A stretch of DNA of 64,000 nt from Candidatus Saccharibacteria bacterium QS_5_54_17 (GCA_003022365.1 PXOU01000018.1:75964-139963); one strand, 5' to 3'; shown: positions 21,127 through 31,935, counted from the stretch's first letter. The notes: generated by a model from the sequence alone, not told the origin. Numbers and translations are program-made.

Positions 21127-22643
21127 ACGTCATACCCGATTTTCTTCAAATTATCTTTAATCTGCTGTTCCAGCTCATGGCTTTGTTCGAACTGCTCACC
21201 CAGGTCTTTGGTGAGGCGTTGCATTTTCTCTTCGAATGCTTCATCATCTTCCTCCACCTCTTCGGCGCCCACGTAACGGCCGGGCGTGAGAACGTATTCA
21301 TGTTCTTTTACTTCTTCCAGTGAAGCAGCTTTACAAAAACCGGGTGTGTCTTCATATTCCCCGCTCTCATCCCGCCAGGCGTGATAGGTACCAGCAACTC
21401 TAGCGATGTCTTCTTCCGAAAGTACGCGGTTGCGGCGATTGATCATATGGCCCATGTTGCGCGCGTCAATGAAGAGAATTTCATCTCTATCAGTACGTTC
21501 GCGGGAAACAAACCACAGACAGGCCGGAATGCCAGTATTGAAGAATAAATGACTCGGCAGCGTAACGATAGCATCTACTAACCCGGCTTCCAGGATATTC
21601 TTGCGAATATCGCCCTCTCCGGATGTATTGGAACTCATGGAGCCGTTAGCCAACACGAAGCCGGCAATGCCTTTTGGCCCCAGATGGTGGATGAAGTGCT
21701 GTACCCAGGCAAAGTTGGCATTATTTTTGGGCGGCGTGCCGAACTTCCAGCGCACGTCATTTTGCAACTGTTCTCCGCCCCAATCATCGTCATTAAATGG
21801 TGGATTGGCCAGTATGAAGTCGGCTTTAAGATCCGGATGTTTGTCGTTATGGAAAGAGTTGCCTTGGCGAATGTCGGCATCAATGCCACGAATGGCCATA
21901 TTCATCTTAGCAAGGCGCCACGTGGTTGGGTTCGATTCCTGCCCGTAAATGGCGATGTCGTCCAATCGGCCTTGATGGTGCCCCACGAATTTCTCCGACT
22001 GGACGAACATGCCGCCGCTACCGCAGCACGGGTCGTAAATTCTTCCTTTATACGGCTCGATCATTCCCGTTAAAAGCTGGACAATGCTTCTGGGTGTGTA
22101 GAACTGGCCGCCGCGCTTGCCTTCGGCATCGGCGAACATACCAATGAAGTATTCATAAATCCGGCCCAGAATATCCTTGCTGTTATGGCCATCGCCATTG
22201 AGCGAAATACTGCTGAAAAGATCAATCAATTCGCCGAGACGTTGCTTGTCCAAAGCTTCCCGTCCGTAGTTTTTGGGTAACACTCCTTTGAGTGACGGAT
22301 TATCACGCTCAATGGCATCCATGGCTTCATCAATGAGCGTACCGATGTTCGGTTGTTTGGCATTGTCGCGCAGATATGACCAGCGAGCTTCTGACGGTAC
22401 CCAAAAGACATTTTTAGCTGCATACCAATCGCGATCCTCGGGATCAAATTCCTCATCCAGTGCCTGCTGATAACGCTCATCAAAGGCATCGGAGATGTAT
22501 TTAAGGAAAATCAGTCCCAGCACCACGTGCTTATACTCGGCCGCGTCCATGTTGTTCCGCATCTTATTAGCCGACTGCCACAGTTTCTGTTCTACGTTTT
22601 GGATGTCCAAAACAAAAACTCCCTTACTTTTATACCGTTGCAC
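21123..22643 (-). CDS. hsdM: Type I R-M DNA methyltransferase subunit
   Basis: HsdM N-terminal domain, AdoMet motif I (DPCCGSGG), catalytic NPPF. Track start is GTG 22643. TTG 22610 with an aagggag SD is a likely alternative. TGaTATAAT extended -10 at about 22655-22663. Confidence 0.9.
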
Positions 22644-22988
22644 CTGATTATATCATGAACAAAGCAAAAAACCGAACATAACAGTTTGGGAAAAACCGAA
22701 CAAGTCGCAATGCGGTAACTAAATTATTTTCGATTTCAAACTCTTTCATAAGACTCAACAACTCGTTTTATCTATTATAGAGAAATATCACATACTTATC
22801 CGAACTTATTGCATCAGAAAGTGAATAAAGTTTGTATAATAGCTCGGTTTTTATTTCAAGATTACTTCTTCTTGCATATCTTTGGTTGATATAAGCAACA
22901 TACATTTTCTATAATAATGCTTAGAAAAAGGTACTCGGCCGTGGTTTATATACCACACAGAGCGGAGTATCTTTTTCTTTTTATGTGC

Positions 22989-23408
22989 TTATTGCTCCGG
23001 AAACGCTGACATGAATGATTTCCTGCCACTCCGTTTATCTTCTTTGATTTGTACATAGAATAACTCTTTCTCTTTCGTCATTCCTCCAAACCTGTGTAAA
23101 ATTTCTGAGTGATTGTTGGGATTTTGTTTGGAAACTGGTTCCCGGCGGGAATTGTGTATGAGATCCAAGGCTGGTGGTAGTAGCTTTAGGCGACGAACTC
23201 TGTCTTGCCAGTTTTTGCCATGTAGGTGACTCCAGAATAAATTAAGAAAAACTTTATCTTTACGAAAGTATGCTGAGCGTATGTATGGAGTGCGTTTCGT
23301 GCGAGCAGTGTAGACCTTAAAAACAGCACGTGCTCTTTTGTTAACTTCGCGGTAATTCGTGCCGGAAAGTGGGTTTTTACCTGACTCATAAACCTTCACG
23401 ATGACCAC
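22989..23408 (-). CDS. Hypothetical basic protein
   Basis: 139 aa, Lys/Arg-rich, in an AT-rich stretch at the island edge. No confident family. Confidence 0.4.
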   Translation of the reverse strand: MVIVKVYESGKNPLSGTNYREVNKRARAVFKVYTARTKRTPYIRSAYFRKDKVFLNLFWSHLHGKNWQDRVRRLKLLPPALDLIHNSRREPVSKQNPNNHSEILHRFGGMTKEKELFYVQIKEDKRSGRKSFMSAFPEQ

Positions 23409-23468
23409 CTATGGTCTTACGGGATTACTATACCAAACACAAAGCGAACAAGAAAGCAGGGTATGATG

Positions 23469-24116
23469 CTAATCTATGCTGGCGTGACTATCCCGGGCGA
23501 CAATTAAATGATCGATAATGTCAATACCGACTATTGTGCTGGCTTTGGTGAGACGTTGATGAATTTCCCGATCGGCTTTGGATGGCGTGAGGTTGCCGCT
23601 GGGATGGTTGTGGGCGCAGATGATGAAAGCGGCGCGATCAGTGATAGCATCGGCAAAAACTTCACGCGGATGAACGAGGTTGGATGTAAGCGTACCGATG
23701 GTGATGGTGCGCTTTTCTATCAGCCGATGAGCGCCGTCCAGCGTCATGACCACGAAATGTTCCTGCTTCTTACCCCGAATATCCACCAGCTGCTCTGCCG
23801 CTTTTTCCGACGAATCGATAACCGGCTGCTCACCATCCACGAGATAACGTTTGGATAATTCCAACGAAGCTAGGATTTCAGTAATTTTGGCATTACCTAA
23901 GCCGGTAACGCTTTGCAACTGCTCGCGCGTAACGTCCGGGCCGTGTTCTTGAAGAAGCTTCAGCGCATCTTTGGCGATCTTGGTAACATCGGCATGCTTG
24001 GTGCCGCTGCCGATCAACGCCTGCAAAAGCTCCAGGTCCGCTAACGCACTCGCGCCCTTCTTGGCCAACTTTTCCCGAGGCCTGTCGAGTTTATCTATAT
24101 CTTTAATCCGCTTCAT
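23469..24116 (-). CDS. radC: RadC-like JAB domain protein (UPF0758)
   Basis: HhH N-terminus, JAMM motif HNHPSG, conserved Glu and Ser. Confidence 0.85.
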   Translation of the reverse strand: MKRIKDIDKLDRPREKLAKKGASALADLELLQALIGSGTKHADVTKIAKDALKLLQEHGPDVTREQLQSVTGLGNAKITEILASLELSKRYLVDGEQPVIDSSEKAAEQLVDIRGKKQEHFVVMTLDGAHRLIEKRTITIGTLTSNLVHPREVFADAITDRAAFIICAHNHPSGNLTPSKADREIHQRLTKASTIVGIDIIDHLIVARDSHASID

Positions 24117-24154
24117 TGTGCTTTCGCTTAATTAATAGATAAAACATAACATAG

Positions 24155-24784
24155 TCATGCGTCATTTTCTTGAAGGGTATCAAATACTTTTTTGAGTGCC
24201 TGCTCCCGATGCGTGAGGTGGCCGCCGCGTTCTTCGGCTGAGATGTCGTGAATTTCGTATAACATTTTTCCAGCTTCGGGCACGTAAAATAAGGCGCGGA
24301 ACGGGAATCCTTCCATGCGGCCTTCTTCCACCGGCTCTTGGAGTATTTGGCCGGCTATTTCACTACTGGCGGTCCGTGGCTCCATGTGTTTGGTGGCGAA
24401 CGCCATGGTAGCGATGAACCGGGCGGTCCGCCGCTGGGGTTCAATGCCGCCCATCTTGTCCAGACAGTATTCGATGATTTCCTCGTCGGTCATTTCGTAC
24501 CCGGCCCAACGGCGGCTGTAGACGCCCGGCTCTTCACCGAGCGCGTCAATGGCAATGCCGCTGTCGTCGGCGAGTACCATCATTTCCGGATCGTCTATAG
24601 CTTCACGGTGGGCGTCGAGTTTTAAAATCGCGTTTTCTTCGTAGGTGGTACCGGTTTCCTCGACGTCTATGTCGATCCCGAGTTCTTCCGGGCTCCGCAC
24701 CGTTATACCCTGCTGCTGGGCGAAACGGGATACTTCTTGCTGTTTGCCAGGGTTGTTGGAGGCGAATAAAATCTCACCAGCCAT
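24155..24784 (-). CDS. rdgB: Non-canonical purine NTP pyrophosphatase (RdgB/HAM1)
   Basis: ILFASNNPGK...E...DDSG motifs. Confidence 0.85.
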   Translation of the reverse strand: MAGEILFASNNPGKQQEVSRFAQQQGITVRSPEELGIDIDVEETGTTYEENAILKLDAHREAIDDPEMMVLADDSGIAIDALGEEPGVYSRRWAGYEMTDEEIIEYCLDKMGGIEPQRRTARFIATMAFATKHMEPRTASSEIAGQILQEPVEEGRMEGFPFRALFYVPEAGKMLYEIHDISAEERGGHLTHREQALKKVFDTLQENDA

Positions 24785-24796
24785 ATGCCTATGCTC

Positions 24797-25873
24797 CTAG
24801 AAATTAAGCGGTTTGCCTTTCGGCTGGATGGCGAACCAGGTGTCGCCGCGGTTGAGCGGTATCTGCTTGCCTTGCTTGTTCAGTAGCTCGATCCGGTCCC
24901 GAGGGCTTTTTTGCCGCCACTTTCCTTGGGTAACTTTACCGTTTTTGAAAACGAACGCTTTGCCGTTGCCGATGGTGTCCATGACGGCGTATTTGCCCCG
25001 TTTACCGGTCGGCATACGGATCACGACCACGTTTTTGACGGTGATCGGATTACCGGTTGCCGTATCTACGTGCGGGCTGCCGGCCATATACCGCCGGTAA
25101 ATATTCCTGTTTTTTAAGTACCGGAATTGGGCTCGGTATTGTGAACCCGAATAATTGACGGTGATTCTTTTGACGCGTGGGTTATTGGCGGGGTTATCGT
25201 CGCTCCAACGAATCGATTTGAAGGTGCTGGTCTTATAGCCTTTGCGTTTTTGCAGTTGCTGTAATTCTTTGACACTGGAGTACATATTATGCGGGGAAGG
25301 CCGTCCGCCACCACGGTAATACGGCCCGCTATGTTTGAACTGGTCCAAGTCCTTGGCGCCGCGTTTTTTAACCAAACGGAGTGCTTTGGCGCTGCCGCCG
25401 ACGTGGGCGATCGGCGTGTCAAAACCCATAACCCAGTCCAGGAAATAGGGCCGCAAACTGCGGATGGGACCGATCCGGCCGGGCGTGTTGCTCTGGTATA
25501 AGGCCAGAAAGCGGGTTATGCCGCTCTCCACCACTGCCTCGAACACCATGTCGGCGGCGTCCAGTCCCGTCTGCGGCCGGGCGCCGGGCGAGTTTTCGAT
25601 CATAACGCCAGTGACCGGTTTTTTGGCTGCTTCCGGCTTGACTTTTACCCCGGTCAGCTGGGTGGGTTGTTTGGTCGGTTTCAGCTGCTGTGCTTCCCGG
25701 GTGGAAGTCTCGTTTCCTACCCGCTGGGTACCCGCTACATCAAAGTCATGGGTATACATAAATCCGCCGGCGCCGACTACCACTACACCGCCCATTGCGG
25801 CCAGAACCATCCAGTGGTTCTGTGTCCATCGGGTAATTTTGCTCAATATGGCTACTGGCATATGCGTTTGCAT
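24797..25873 (-). CDS. DUF3048-like secreted or lipoprotein
   Basis: 358 aa; N-terminal TM/signal; GVMIENSPGARPQTGL...GITRFLALY pattern. Confidence 0.5.
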   Translation of the reverse strand: MQTHMPVAILSKITRWTQNHWMVLAAMGGVVVVGAGGFMYTHDFDVAGTQRVGNETSTREAQQLKPTKQPTQLTGVKVKPEAAKKPVTGVMIENSPGARPQTGLDAADMVFEAVVESGITRFLALYQSNTPGRIGPIRSLRPYFLDWVMGFDTPIAHVGGSAKALRLVKKRGAKDLDQFKHSGPYYRGGGRPSPHNMYSSVKELQQLQKRKGYKTSTFKSIRWSDDNPANNPRVKRITVNYSGSQYRAQFRYLKNRNIYRRYMAGSPHVDTATGNPITVKNVVVIRMPTGKRGKYAVMDTIGNGKAFVFKNGKVTQGKWRQKSPRDRIELLNKQGKQIPLNRGDTWFAIQPKGKPLNF

Positions 25874-27291
25874 TATGCCACTTCCCGGGCCCGTGACAAA
25901 ACAGTCTGTAACCGGCGACGGGTTGTCTCAGACCCCAGCGCGTGCATGGTCTCAAATAGTCCCGGAGCTGCCGTTTGCCCAGTGATGCTGATCCGAATCA
26001 CTTTGAACAGTTCGCCGGTTTTAACATCCAATTCTGCCACCAACCCGCGCAACCGTTCTTCCAAATCCGCTTCGCTGAAATCGGACGACTCGATGGTCTC
26101 CAGCACCCGGGGGAGCCATTGCCGGGCATTGTCCATATCCAGTTGCTCGGGGTATTCGGCCGGATCAGTAAAGAAAAACCATGTTAACTCTGGCAGTTCG
26201 CCCAGGTATTTCAACCGTTCCTGGACCAATGTCAGTACCTGGCGTTTATAGTCCATGGACGCTTCCCGGGCGGATTGGGGCCAAAACCCTTCGGCGCGCC
26301 GGACCAGTTCGTCCAGGGTGAGGGCGCGGAGGTGATGTCCATTAATCCAATCCAGCCGCCCGTCATCGAAAACGGCCGGGCTCTTCTGGATGCGCTCCAG
26401 CGAAAACCGATTGATCAATTCGGCGGGCGTAAAAATTTCCTGGGTGGTGCCGTCGTTCCACCCCAGCGTCGCCAGGAAGTTTATGAGCGCCCCGGGAAGA
26501 TATCCCCAGTCACGATACTCCAGCGCGCCCAGCGCGCCGTGGCGTTTGCTCAGTTTGGTCTTGTCCGGTCCGTGGACGGGCGGTACGTGGACGAACGACG
26601 GGGTTTGCCAACCAAAGGCGGCGTAGAGTTGCAGGAACTTGGGCGTGGAGGAGAGAAACTCATCACCGCGCAACACATGGGAAATATCCATCAAGTGATC
26701 GTCCACTACGTTGGCGAAGTTGTAGGTCGGCCAGCCGTCGGACTTGAGACAGACGAAATCGTCCAGCTCGCTGCCCGCCCGTGACTGGCGCCCGTATACC
26801 ACGTCGTCCCAGGCGGGGTCATGGGATTGGTCGATGGCGAAACGCAATACATGCGGCTCATCGGGAGAACCGTCGGTTTTCAGCTGGGAGCGGTCAACTT
26901 TGAACGGGCGCTTTTCTTTTTGGGCGGCTTTCCGCATGGCTTCCAGATCCTGGGGCGGCGTCCAGTCCCGATAGATTCTCCCCTGCTCCAGCAAGGTTTC
27001 GGCGTGCTTTTGGTAGGATTCCAGACGCTGGGATTGCCAATACGGTCCATGAGCACCGCCGGCGCGCGGGCCTTCATCCCAGTCCAGTCCCAGCCACTGG
27101 AGGCTATCCATGATTGACGCGGCCGCGTCTTCGATGACTCGCGCCTGGTCGGTATCCTCGAAGCGCAGGATGAATACACCTCCCTGATTACGGGCGAAGA
27201 GCCAGTTGAACAGGGCGGTCCGTAAACCACCCACGTGCATGTAGCCGGTCGGGCTGGGCGCGAACCGCACCCGTGGCGCCTGTTCCCTCAT
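25873..27291 (-). CDS. gltX: Glutamyl-tRNA synthetase
   Basis: Class I HIGH-type motif (PSPTGYMHVGG) and KLSKR (KMSKS). Confidence 0.9.
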   Translation of the reverse strand: MREQAPRVRFAPSPTGYMHVGGLRTALFNWLFARNQGGVFILRFEDTDQARVIEDAAASIMDSLQWLGLDWDEGPRAGGAHGPYWQSQRLESYQKHAETLLEQGRIYRDWTPPQDLEAMRKAAQKEKRPFKVDRSQLKTDGSPDEPHVLRFAIDQSHDPAWDDVVYGRQSRAGSELDDFVCLKSDGWPTYNFANVVDDHLMDISHVLRGDEFLSSTPKFLQLYAAFGWQTPSFVHVPPVHGPDKTKLSKRHGALGALEYRDWGYLPGALINFLATLGWNDGTTQEIFTPAELINRFSLERIQKSPAVFDDGRLDWINGHHLRALTLDELVRRAEGFWPQSAREASMDYKRQVLTLVQERLKYLGELPELTWFFFTDPAEYPEQLDMDNARQWLPRVLETIESSDFSEADLEERLRGLVAELDVKTGELFKVIRISITGQTAAPGLFETMHALGSETTRRRLQTVLSRAREVA

Positions 27292-27338
27292 ACTTCATCA
27301 GCCTATAGCGTTACTGGGTGGCGGGTAAAGGGCCCGGC

Positions 27339-28502
27339 TTACATGCTGCTGGCCATGTTGACGATCTCTTGCTGGCTCAAATACGTCTCACTGTCGATGG
27401 TATACATGGTACCGCCATTCACCCAGGCGGCGTGGCGATTGTCATAGGTGTAAATGGTCAGCCCGTTCTCCCGATAGGTTTCGTAGTCGCTGGTCTTGCG
27501 GTTGATGTAATTGGTCAATAAACTCTGGGAATCCCACTGGGTCTGCGCCTGTTCCAGCGAGATGGTTTTGCCCTGTTTTTGGAAGGTCACGGTTAATTGC
27601 CCGTCACCGTAGGTGATCGGCCCGTTGAAGCTGTAGCCATCGGGGGTGTATTCGGGCAAAGAAGCATCCACGTTGGCTTGGCTGGCGGCCACCCGGACGG
27701 CAATACTGGGGTAATTCAAGTAAGTGACGTAACCGGCTAAAATCAGGATGCACAATCCGGTTACGCCGACTCGGAAGGCAGTATGATTCATCCCATTAAA
27801 GGGGAGTAATTTCCGGAACCATGATTGGCCGCCAGATGGTTGGTCGCCGGATGTAGCCGTGCTGGACAGGGAAGGTAATTGGCCATCTTCCACGCTCGGC
27901 GTTTCGGCTGCGGGCGTTCCTTCGGCCGGTGCTTGGGACTTGCCCTGGTACCCCTCCTGGTCTCCTTTCAGTGGATATCTCTGGTGCGGCCGCATGTGTG
28001 TGATTTGCTTGGCTTCCGTGGCTACTTGTTGCCCGGAAGCTTGGTCGAGCGCGGGTGCCTCCGGTGTCGCAGCAGCCGCCAGAGAGGCATCGGCAAATTG
28101 CTGGCTCAGTTCCTGCCGGGCCGTTTCCCCGGCTTCAGTAGCCTGGGGTCCATCCATAGTGGCAGTCGCGATCCCGGGGGTTGCCGCCGGGGCGGGTGGA
28201 TCGGGCGACTGGGTAGCCGGTTCAGGAGATTGTTGCGGTTGGCTCCCCGCGCCCAGATTCCGGGCATGCATCCCGTGCAACGATTTGGCGGCCGAGTCGG
28301 AGGTCGACGGAGCGGATGGTTGGTTTTCCGGCTGCTCCGGCTCCCGTGTTTGTTGCAGGTTCAGCGTATTCTGGTTGGCACCTGCCGAAGCTCCGGAGCT
28401 AAAATGCTGCAACCGCTGTGTGGCGCGCCGCCCGCAATCCATGCAGAAGGATTTCCCCCTGACGTGTACCATATTGGATTGTTGACATGTTTGACACTGC
28501 AT
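27339..28502 (-). CDS. Zinc-ribbon / TM / extracytoplasmic-domain protein (anti-sigma-like architecture)
   Basis: N-terminal CQTC...CMDC zinc ribbon, Pro/Ala/Gln-rich linker, one TM helix, C-terminal globular domain. Confidence 0.6.
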   Translation of the reverse strand: MQCQTCQQSNMVHVRGKSFCMDCGRRATQRLQHFSSGASAGANQNTLNLQQTREPEQPENQPSAPSTSDSAAKSLHGMHARNLGAGSQPQQSPEPATQSPDPPAPAATPGIATATMDGPQATEAGETARQELSQQFADASLAAAATPEAPALDQASGQQVATEAKQITHMRPHQRYPLKGDQEGYQGKSQAPAEGTPAAETPSVEDGQLPSLSSTATSGDQPSGGQSWFRKLLPFNGMNHTAFRVGVTGLCILILAGYVTYLNYPSIAVRVAASQANVDASLPEYTPDGYSFNGPITYGDGQLTVTFQKQGKTISLEQAQTQWDSQSLLTNYINRKTSDYETYRENGLTIYTYDNRHAAWVNGGTMYTIDSETYLSQQEIVNMASSM

Positions 28503-28539
28503 ATTTGGTATTTGTGTTATGTATGCTTATGGTTAAACC

Positions 28540-29370
28540 TTATTTCCATAATAGGATGTTTTTACTTCTGTGTAAATCCCTATGCACCCGGATAATGAAG
28601 CGGGGTATGGCCAGCTGGCGGCGGAGACGCCGCGGCTCCAGGGCCAGGCGCCACAGCCACTCGATGCCCGCCCGCTGCATGAACCGCGGGGCTCGCCTCT
28701 GTTGACCCCCGAAAATTTGGTAGTCAAAGGTGCCCCCTTCTCCGATGAGCACCCCGTGATCCAGCCGGTCACGCATCCGATGCATGACTTCTTCCTGGAG
28801 GGGATGCCCCAGTCCCAGCAGCACGATGTCGGGCCGTTTGTCGGCCAACTCACCCGCCAATTGCTGCTCCAACCCGGGCGAGAATACCCCGGAATCGTCT
28901 TTGCCGGGAAAGGTGCCGGCAATGGCCAGCTCCGGATGGGCATTTCGAAGTGTCCGGGCGGTTTCCGCAATATCCCCGTGGGCGGGCGAGCCGACCAGGA
29001 AGACGCTCCGGCCGTGGCGGGCGGCGGCTTCCAGAAGTGGCCAGGTAAAGTTGGCGCCGGCGATTTTTTCCGGTAATTGGGTGCGGATACGCTCCGGCCG
29101 CAGGATGATGTGGGATAACGTTTTGCCCAGTTGCCACAACGAACCGCTGCTGCGTTGGTAATGAGCGGCCCATTGCCAGCACACCCCATCCGGCAAGGAG
29201 AGCCATGCCCCATTCAAAATTTCCGGTGACGGATACTGGGAAAACTCGACATAGGGTTTGACGACGTACCGGCACCCGGGTTCCCGGCTGGCTTCGATGA
29301 TGCGTTCGACTGCCTGATCAATACCCAGCGGATCCAGTTCGACCCCCAGGACGCGAACGCGCCCCGTCAT
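28540..29370 (-). CDS. WecB/TagA/CpsF family glycosyltransferase
   Basis: 276 aa; family-typical LGIDQAVERI...VFLVGS...IVLLGLGHPLQE...IGEGGTFD pattern. Confidence 0.8.
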   Translation of the reverse strand: MTGRVRVLGVELDPLGIDQAVERIIEASREPGCRYVVKPYVEFSQYPSPEILNGAWLSLPDGVCWQWAAHYQRSSGSLWQLGKTLSHIILRPERIRTQLPEKIAGANFTWPLLEAAARHGRSVFLVGSPAHGDIAETARTLRNAHPELAIAGTFPGKDDSGVFSPGLEQQLAGELADKRPDIVLLGLGHPLQEEVMHRMRDRLDHGVLIGEGGTFDYQIFGGQQRRAPRFMQRAGIEWLWRLALEPRRLRRQLAIPRFIIRVHRDLHRSKNILLWK

Positions 29371-30509
29371 GGCCGGTGAGACGCTTCATCGACACGCGAC
29401 TGTATGGCCTCGGTGAATGTGGCGGTGGAAAATTGTCGGGCCCGGTTGGTGAGCGTAGACCCGTTAAATCGGCTGCTTTCGGATCGCTCGATGGCCTGAT
29501 TGATCCCGGCCGGTGTTTGCTGGTCAAAGAAGATGCCGGTCTCTCCTTCTATAACCGTTTCCCTGGCTCCGCCGGCGTTGTAAGCGATAACCGGCGTGCC
29601 GCTGGCCATGGCTTCCACGGGCGCGATGCCGAAATCTTCCACGTTGGGGAACAGCAACCCTTTGGCCTCGGTCAGCATCCGGGCCTTGTTTTTGGTGGAT
29701 ATATATCCGGTAAATTCGATGTTGTCACCGGCCAGCTCTTGGAGCCGGTTCCGATCGGGACCGTCCCCGATGACGGTAAGCTTTTTGCCGGAGACATTGA
29801 AGGCTTCAATGGCCGCGTCTATCTTTTTGTAGGGAGTCAGGACAGCTAAGGTAACGTAATAGTCCCGCTTCCCGGCCGGCGCGGTGTAGACCAGCGAAGA
29901 CGTATCAACCGGCGGAAATATAACGTCCGCCTTCCGCCGATAGAATTTATGAATCCGTTCACGGGTGGTTCGGGAATTGGCCAGAAAGCGGTCGACCCGT
30001 TGGGCGCCGACGAAATCCCACATGCGCAATTTGCCGGTCTGTCGAGTGATATAGGCGCGGCGGAGCGGTCCGACTCGTTGCTGGGAGAGATAGCGGGGCC
30101 AATAATCCCACACGAAACGCATCGGCGTGTGGCAATAGCATATATGCCGGGTAGTTTCGGGAGTAACGATGTTTTTGGCGAAGGCGGAGGAAGATGAGAT
30201 CACCACATCGTAGGCGCTGAAATCCCAGGACTCGATGGCGCTGGGTATAAGCGGTAATAAATATCGATTCCGCTGTTTCAATATATCCGGCATCTTCTGG
30301 AGATAACTGGTGTGTATCCGCTCCGGGGGGTAATGGAACTTGCTCGGATTGTAAACCAGCGTATAGATGGGTGCCTCGGGAAACATATCTGCCAATACCT
30401 CCAGCACGTGTTCCGCCCCGCCCCGCTTGGTATTCAACCAGTCATGGACTAAGGCGACTCGGGGACGACCGCTGCACCCGGCGGATTGCTCCTTGCTGCG
30501 TTCCTCCAT
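29367..30509 (-). CDS. Glycosyltransferase family 4
   Basis: GT-B fold with the E-x7-E region (EDFGIAPVEAMASGTPVI). Start set at ATG 30509 because the track N-terminus runs into repeat element B. Confidence 0.75.
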   Translation of the reverse strand: MEERSKEQSAGCSGRPRVALVHDWLNTKRGGAEHVLEVLADMFPEAPIYTLVYNPSKFHYPPERIHTSYLQKMPDILKQRNRYLLPLIPSAIESWDFSAYDVVISSSSAFAKNIVTPETTRHICYCHTPMRFVWDYWPRYLSQQRVGPLRRAYITRQTGKLRMWDFVGAQRVDRFLANSRTTRERIHKFYRRKADVIFPPVDTSSLVYTAPAGKRDYYVTLAVLTPYKKIDAAIEAFNVSGKKLTVIGDGPDRNRLQELAGDNIEFTGYISTKNKARMLTEAKGLLFPNVEDFGIAPVEAMASGTPVIAYNAGGARETVIEGETGIFFDQQTPAGINQAIERSESSRFNGSTLTNRARQFSTATFTEAIQSRVDEASHRP

Positions 30510-30539
30510 GCCTCTTAATGTATCATGTTTGCCGGTTTT

Positions 30540-30900
30540 CCCGGGTGAGGACCGTATAGTCTCCCGGCTTATTGAACACCTCCTTGTCATTGCCAAGACG
30601 TCATTCCTGAAATAAATTCAGGACAGGCTCTGACCCCGATACGGGATCCGTTTCGGACATCACTGCCAATTTAGGTGGGAATCGGCTCTGCAATAGATCC
30701 TGAACCAAGTTCAGGATGACAGTTCTTTTTCGTCACCCGCTTTGTCATTCCGGCCCCCGAGCCCCGAATCCATTAACCCGATACGGTCCTGCAACTAATC
30801 CTGAAACAGATCCTGAACCAAGCCTGCCTGCCGGCAGGCAGGTTCAGGATGACATATTCAGAAATGGGCGCCCGCCCTTCTCATGCCAAGTTTTCCGTTA
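30540..30900. repeat. Composite palindromic intergenic repeat element, copy B
   Basis: tatagtctcccggcttattgaacacc; gtcattcctgaaataaattcaggacaggctctga; cctgcctgccggcaggcagg palindrome. Confidence 0.6.
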
Positions 30901-30904
30901 ACCC

Positions 30905-31912
30905 TCATCCGCTGCTTAAGAGACTCTTCTGGTATTCGGCCAGGTTCCCCAGTGCCACGGCCGCGCCGTTGACCACGCAATATTCGGGATCGTCGGCGAC
31001 CAAAATCGGCACGTCGATGACTTTTTTGAACAAAACGTCCACTCCGGTCAATTTGCCGCCGCCGCCGGTCAACACGATGCCTTGATCTATGATGTCGCTA
31101 ACCAGTTCGGGTTGGGTATCTTCCAGGACCGAACGGACATTGCGGACGATCTGTTCCAGAATATCCTGGATGGGTTCGATGATTTCGCTGTCGGCCAGGG
31201 TGATGGTTTTGGGCAAGCCGCCGACGATATCCCGGCCCTGGACTTGCATGGAGTGCTGCTGGTCGTCGGCAATGGCCCGGCCGATTTTGTGTTTGACGGT
31301 TTCCGCCATGTGTTCGCCGATGGATAGATTGTGGTGTTTCCGGAGGTATTCGGATATAGCCGTGTCGATTTTATTGCCGCCCACCCGGACACTGGTCTGG
31401 GCGACTACGCCCCCCAGGGAAATAACGGCGATTTCGGTGGTGCCGCCGCCGATGTCGATAACCATATTCCCCCGCGGCTGGGTAACCGGGACCGCCGCTC
31501 CCAGGGCCGCGGCTACCGGTTCCTCGATGATGTAGGCCGCCCGGGCGCCGGCGGCGATAGTGGCGTCAATAACCGCTTTCTTCTCGGTGGAAGTAGCCCC
31601 GGCCGGTATGCTGATCATGACATCGGGCTTGACCAGGCGGAGGCGGCCGATGGCTAGATTAATATAGTGTTTGAGCATTTCCCGGGTAATCCGGAAATCG
31701 GCGATAACCCCATCCCGGAGGGGGCGATGGGATATCAGCGCTTGAGGGGTCCGTCCCAGCATATCCTCGGCTTCTTGGCCGATGGCGACGAGACTCCCCT
31801 GGTCGCTATTGACCGCCACCACGCTGGGTTCATTGACGATGATGCCGCGTCTGGGGGTGTACACCAGCGTCGAGACGGTGCCGAGATCGATGGCAATTCG
31901 TTTGGCGAACAT
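30905..31912 (-). CDS. mreB: Rod-shape protein MreB
   Basis: Actin-like ATPase: IDLGT, DIGGGTT, GGG motifs. Confidence 0.9.
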   Translation of the reverse strand: MFAKRIAIDLGTVSTLVYTPRRGIIVNEPSVVAVNSDQGSLVAIGQEAEDMLGRTPQALISHRPLRDGVIADFRITREMLKHYINLAIGRLRLVKPDVMISIPAGATSTEKKAVIDATIAAGARAAYIIEEPVAAALGAAVPVTQPRGNMVIDIGGGTTEIAVISLGGVVAQTSVRVGGNKIDTAISEYLRKHHNLSIGEHMAETVKHKIGRAIADDQQHSMQVQGRDIVGGLPKTITLADSEIIEPIQDILEQIVRNVRSVLEDTQPELVSDIIDQGIVLTGGGGKLTGVDVLFKKVIDVPILVADDPEYCVVNGAAVALGNLAEYQKSLLSSG

Positions 31913-31935
31913 ATCTATACTATACTATAGACGCA

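Noticed and set aside
31782-31935. Upstream extension of the PEGA protein ORF overlapping mreB
   Set aside because: It overlaps the well-supported mreB start on the opposite strand. An ATG at 31936 followed by a TM helix is the plausible start.
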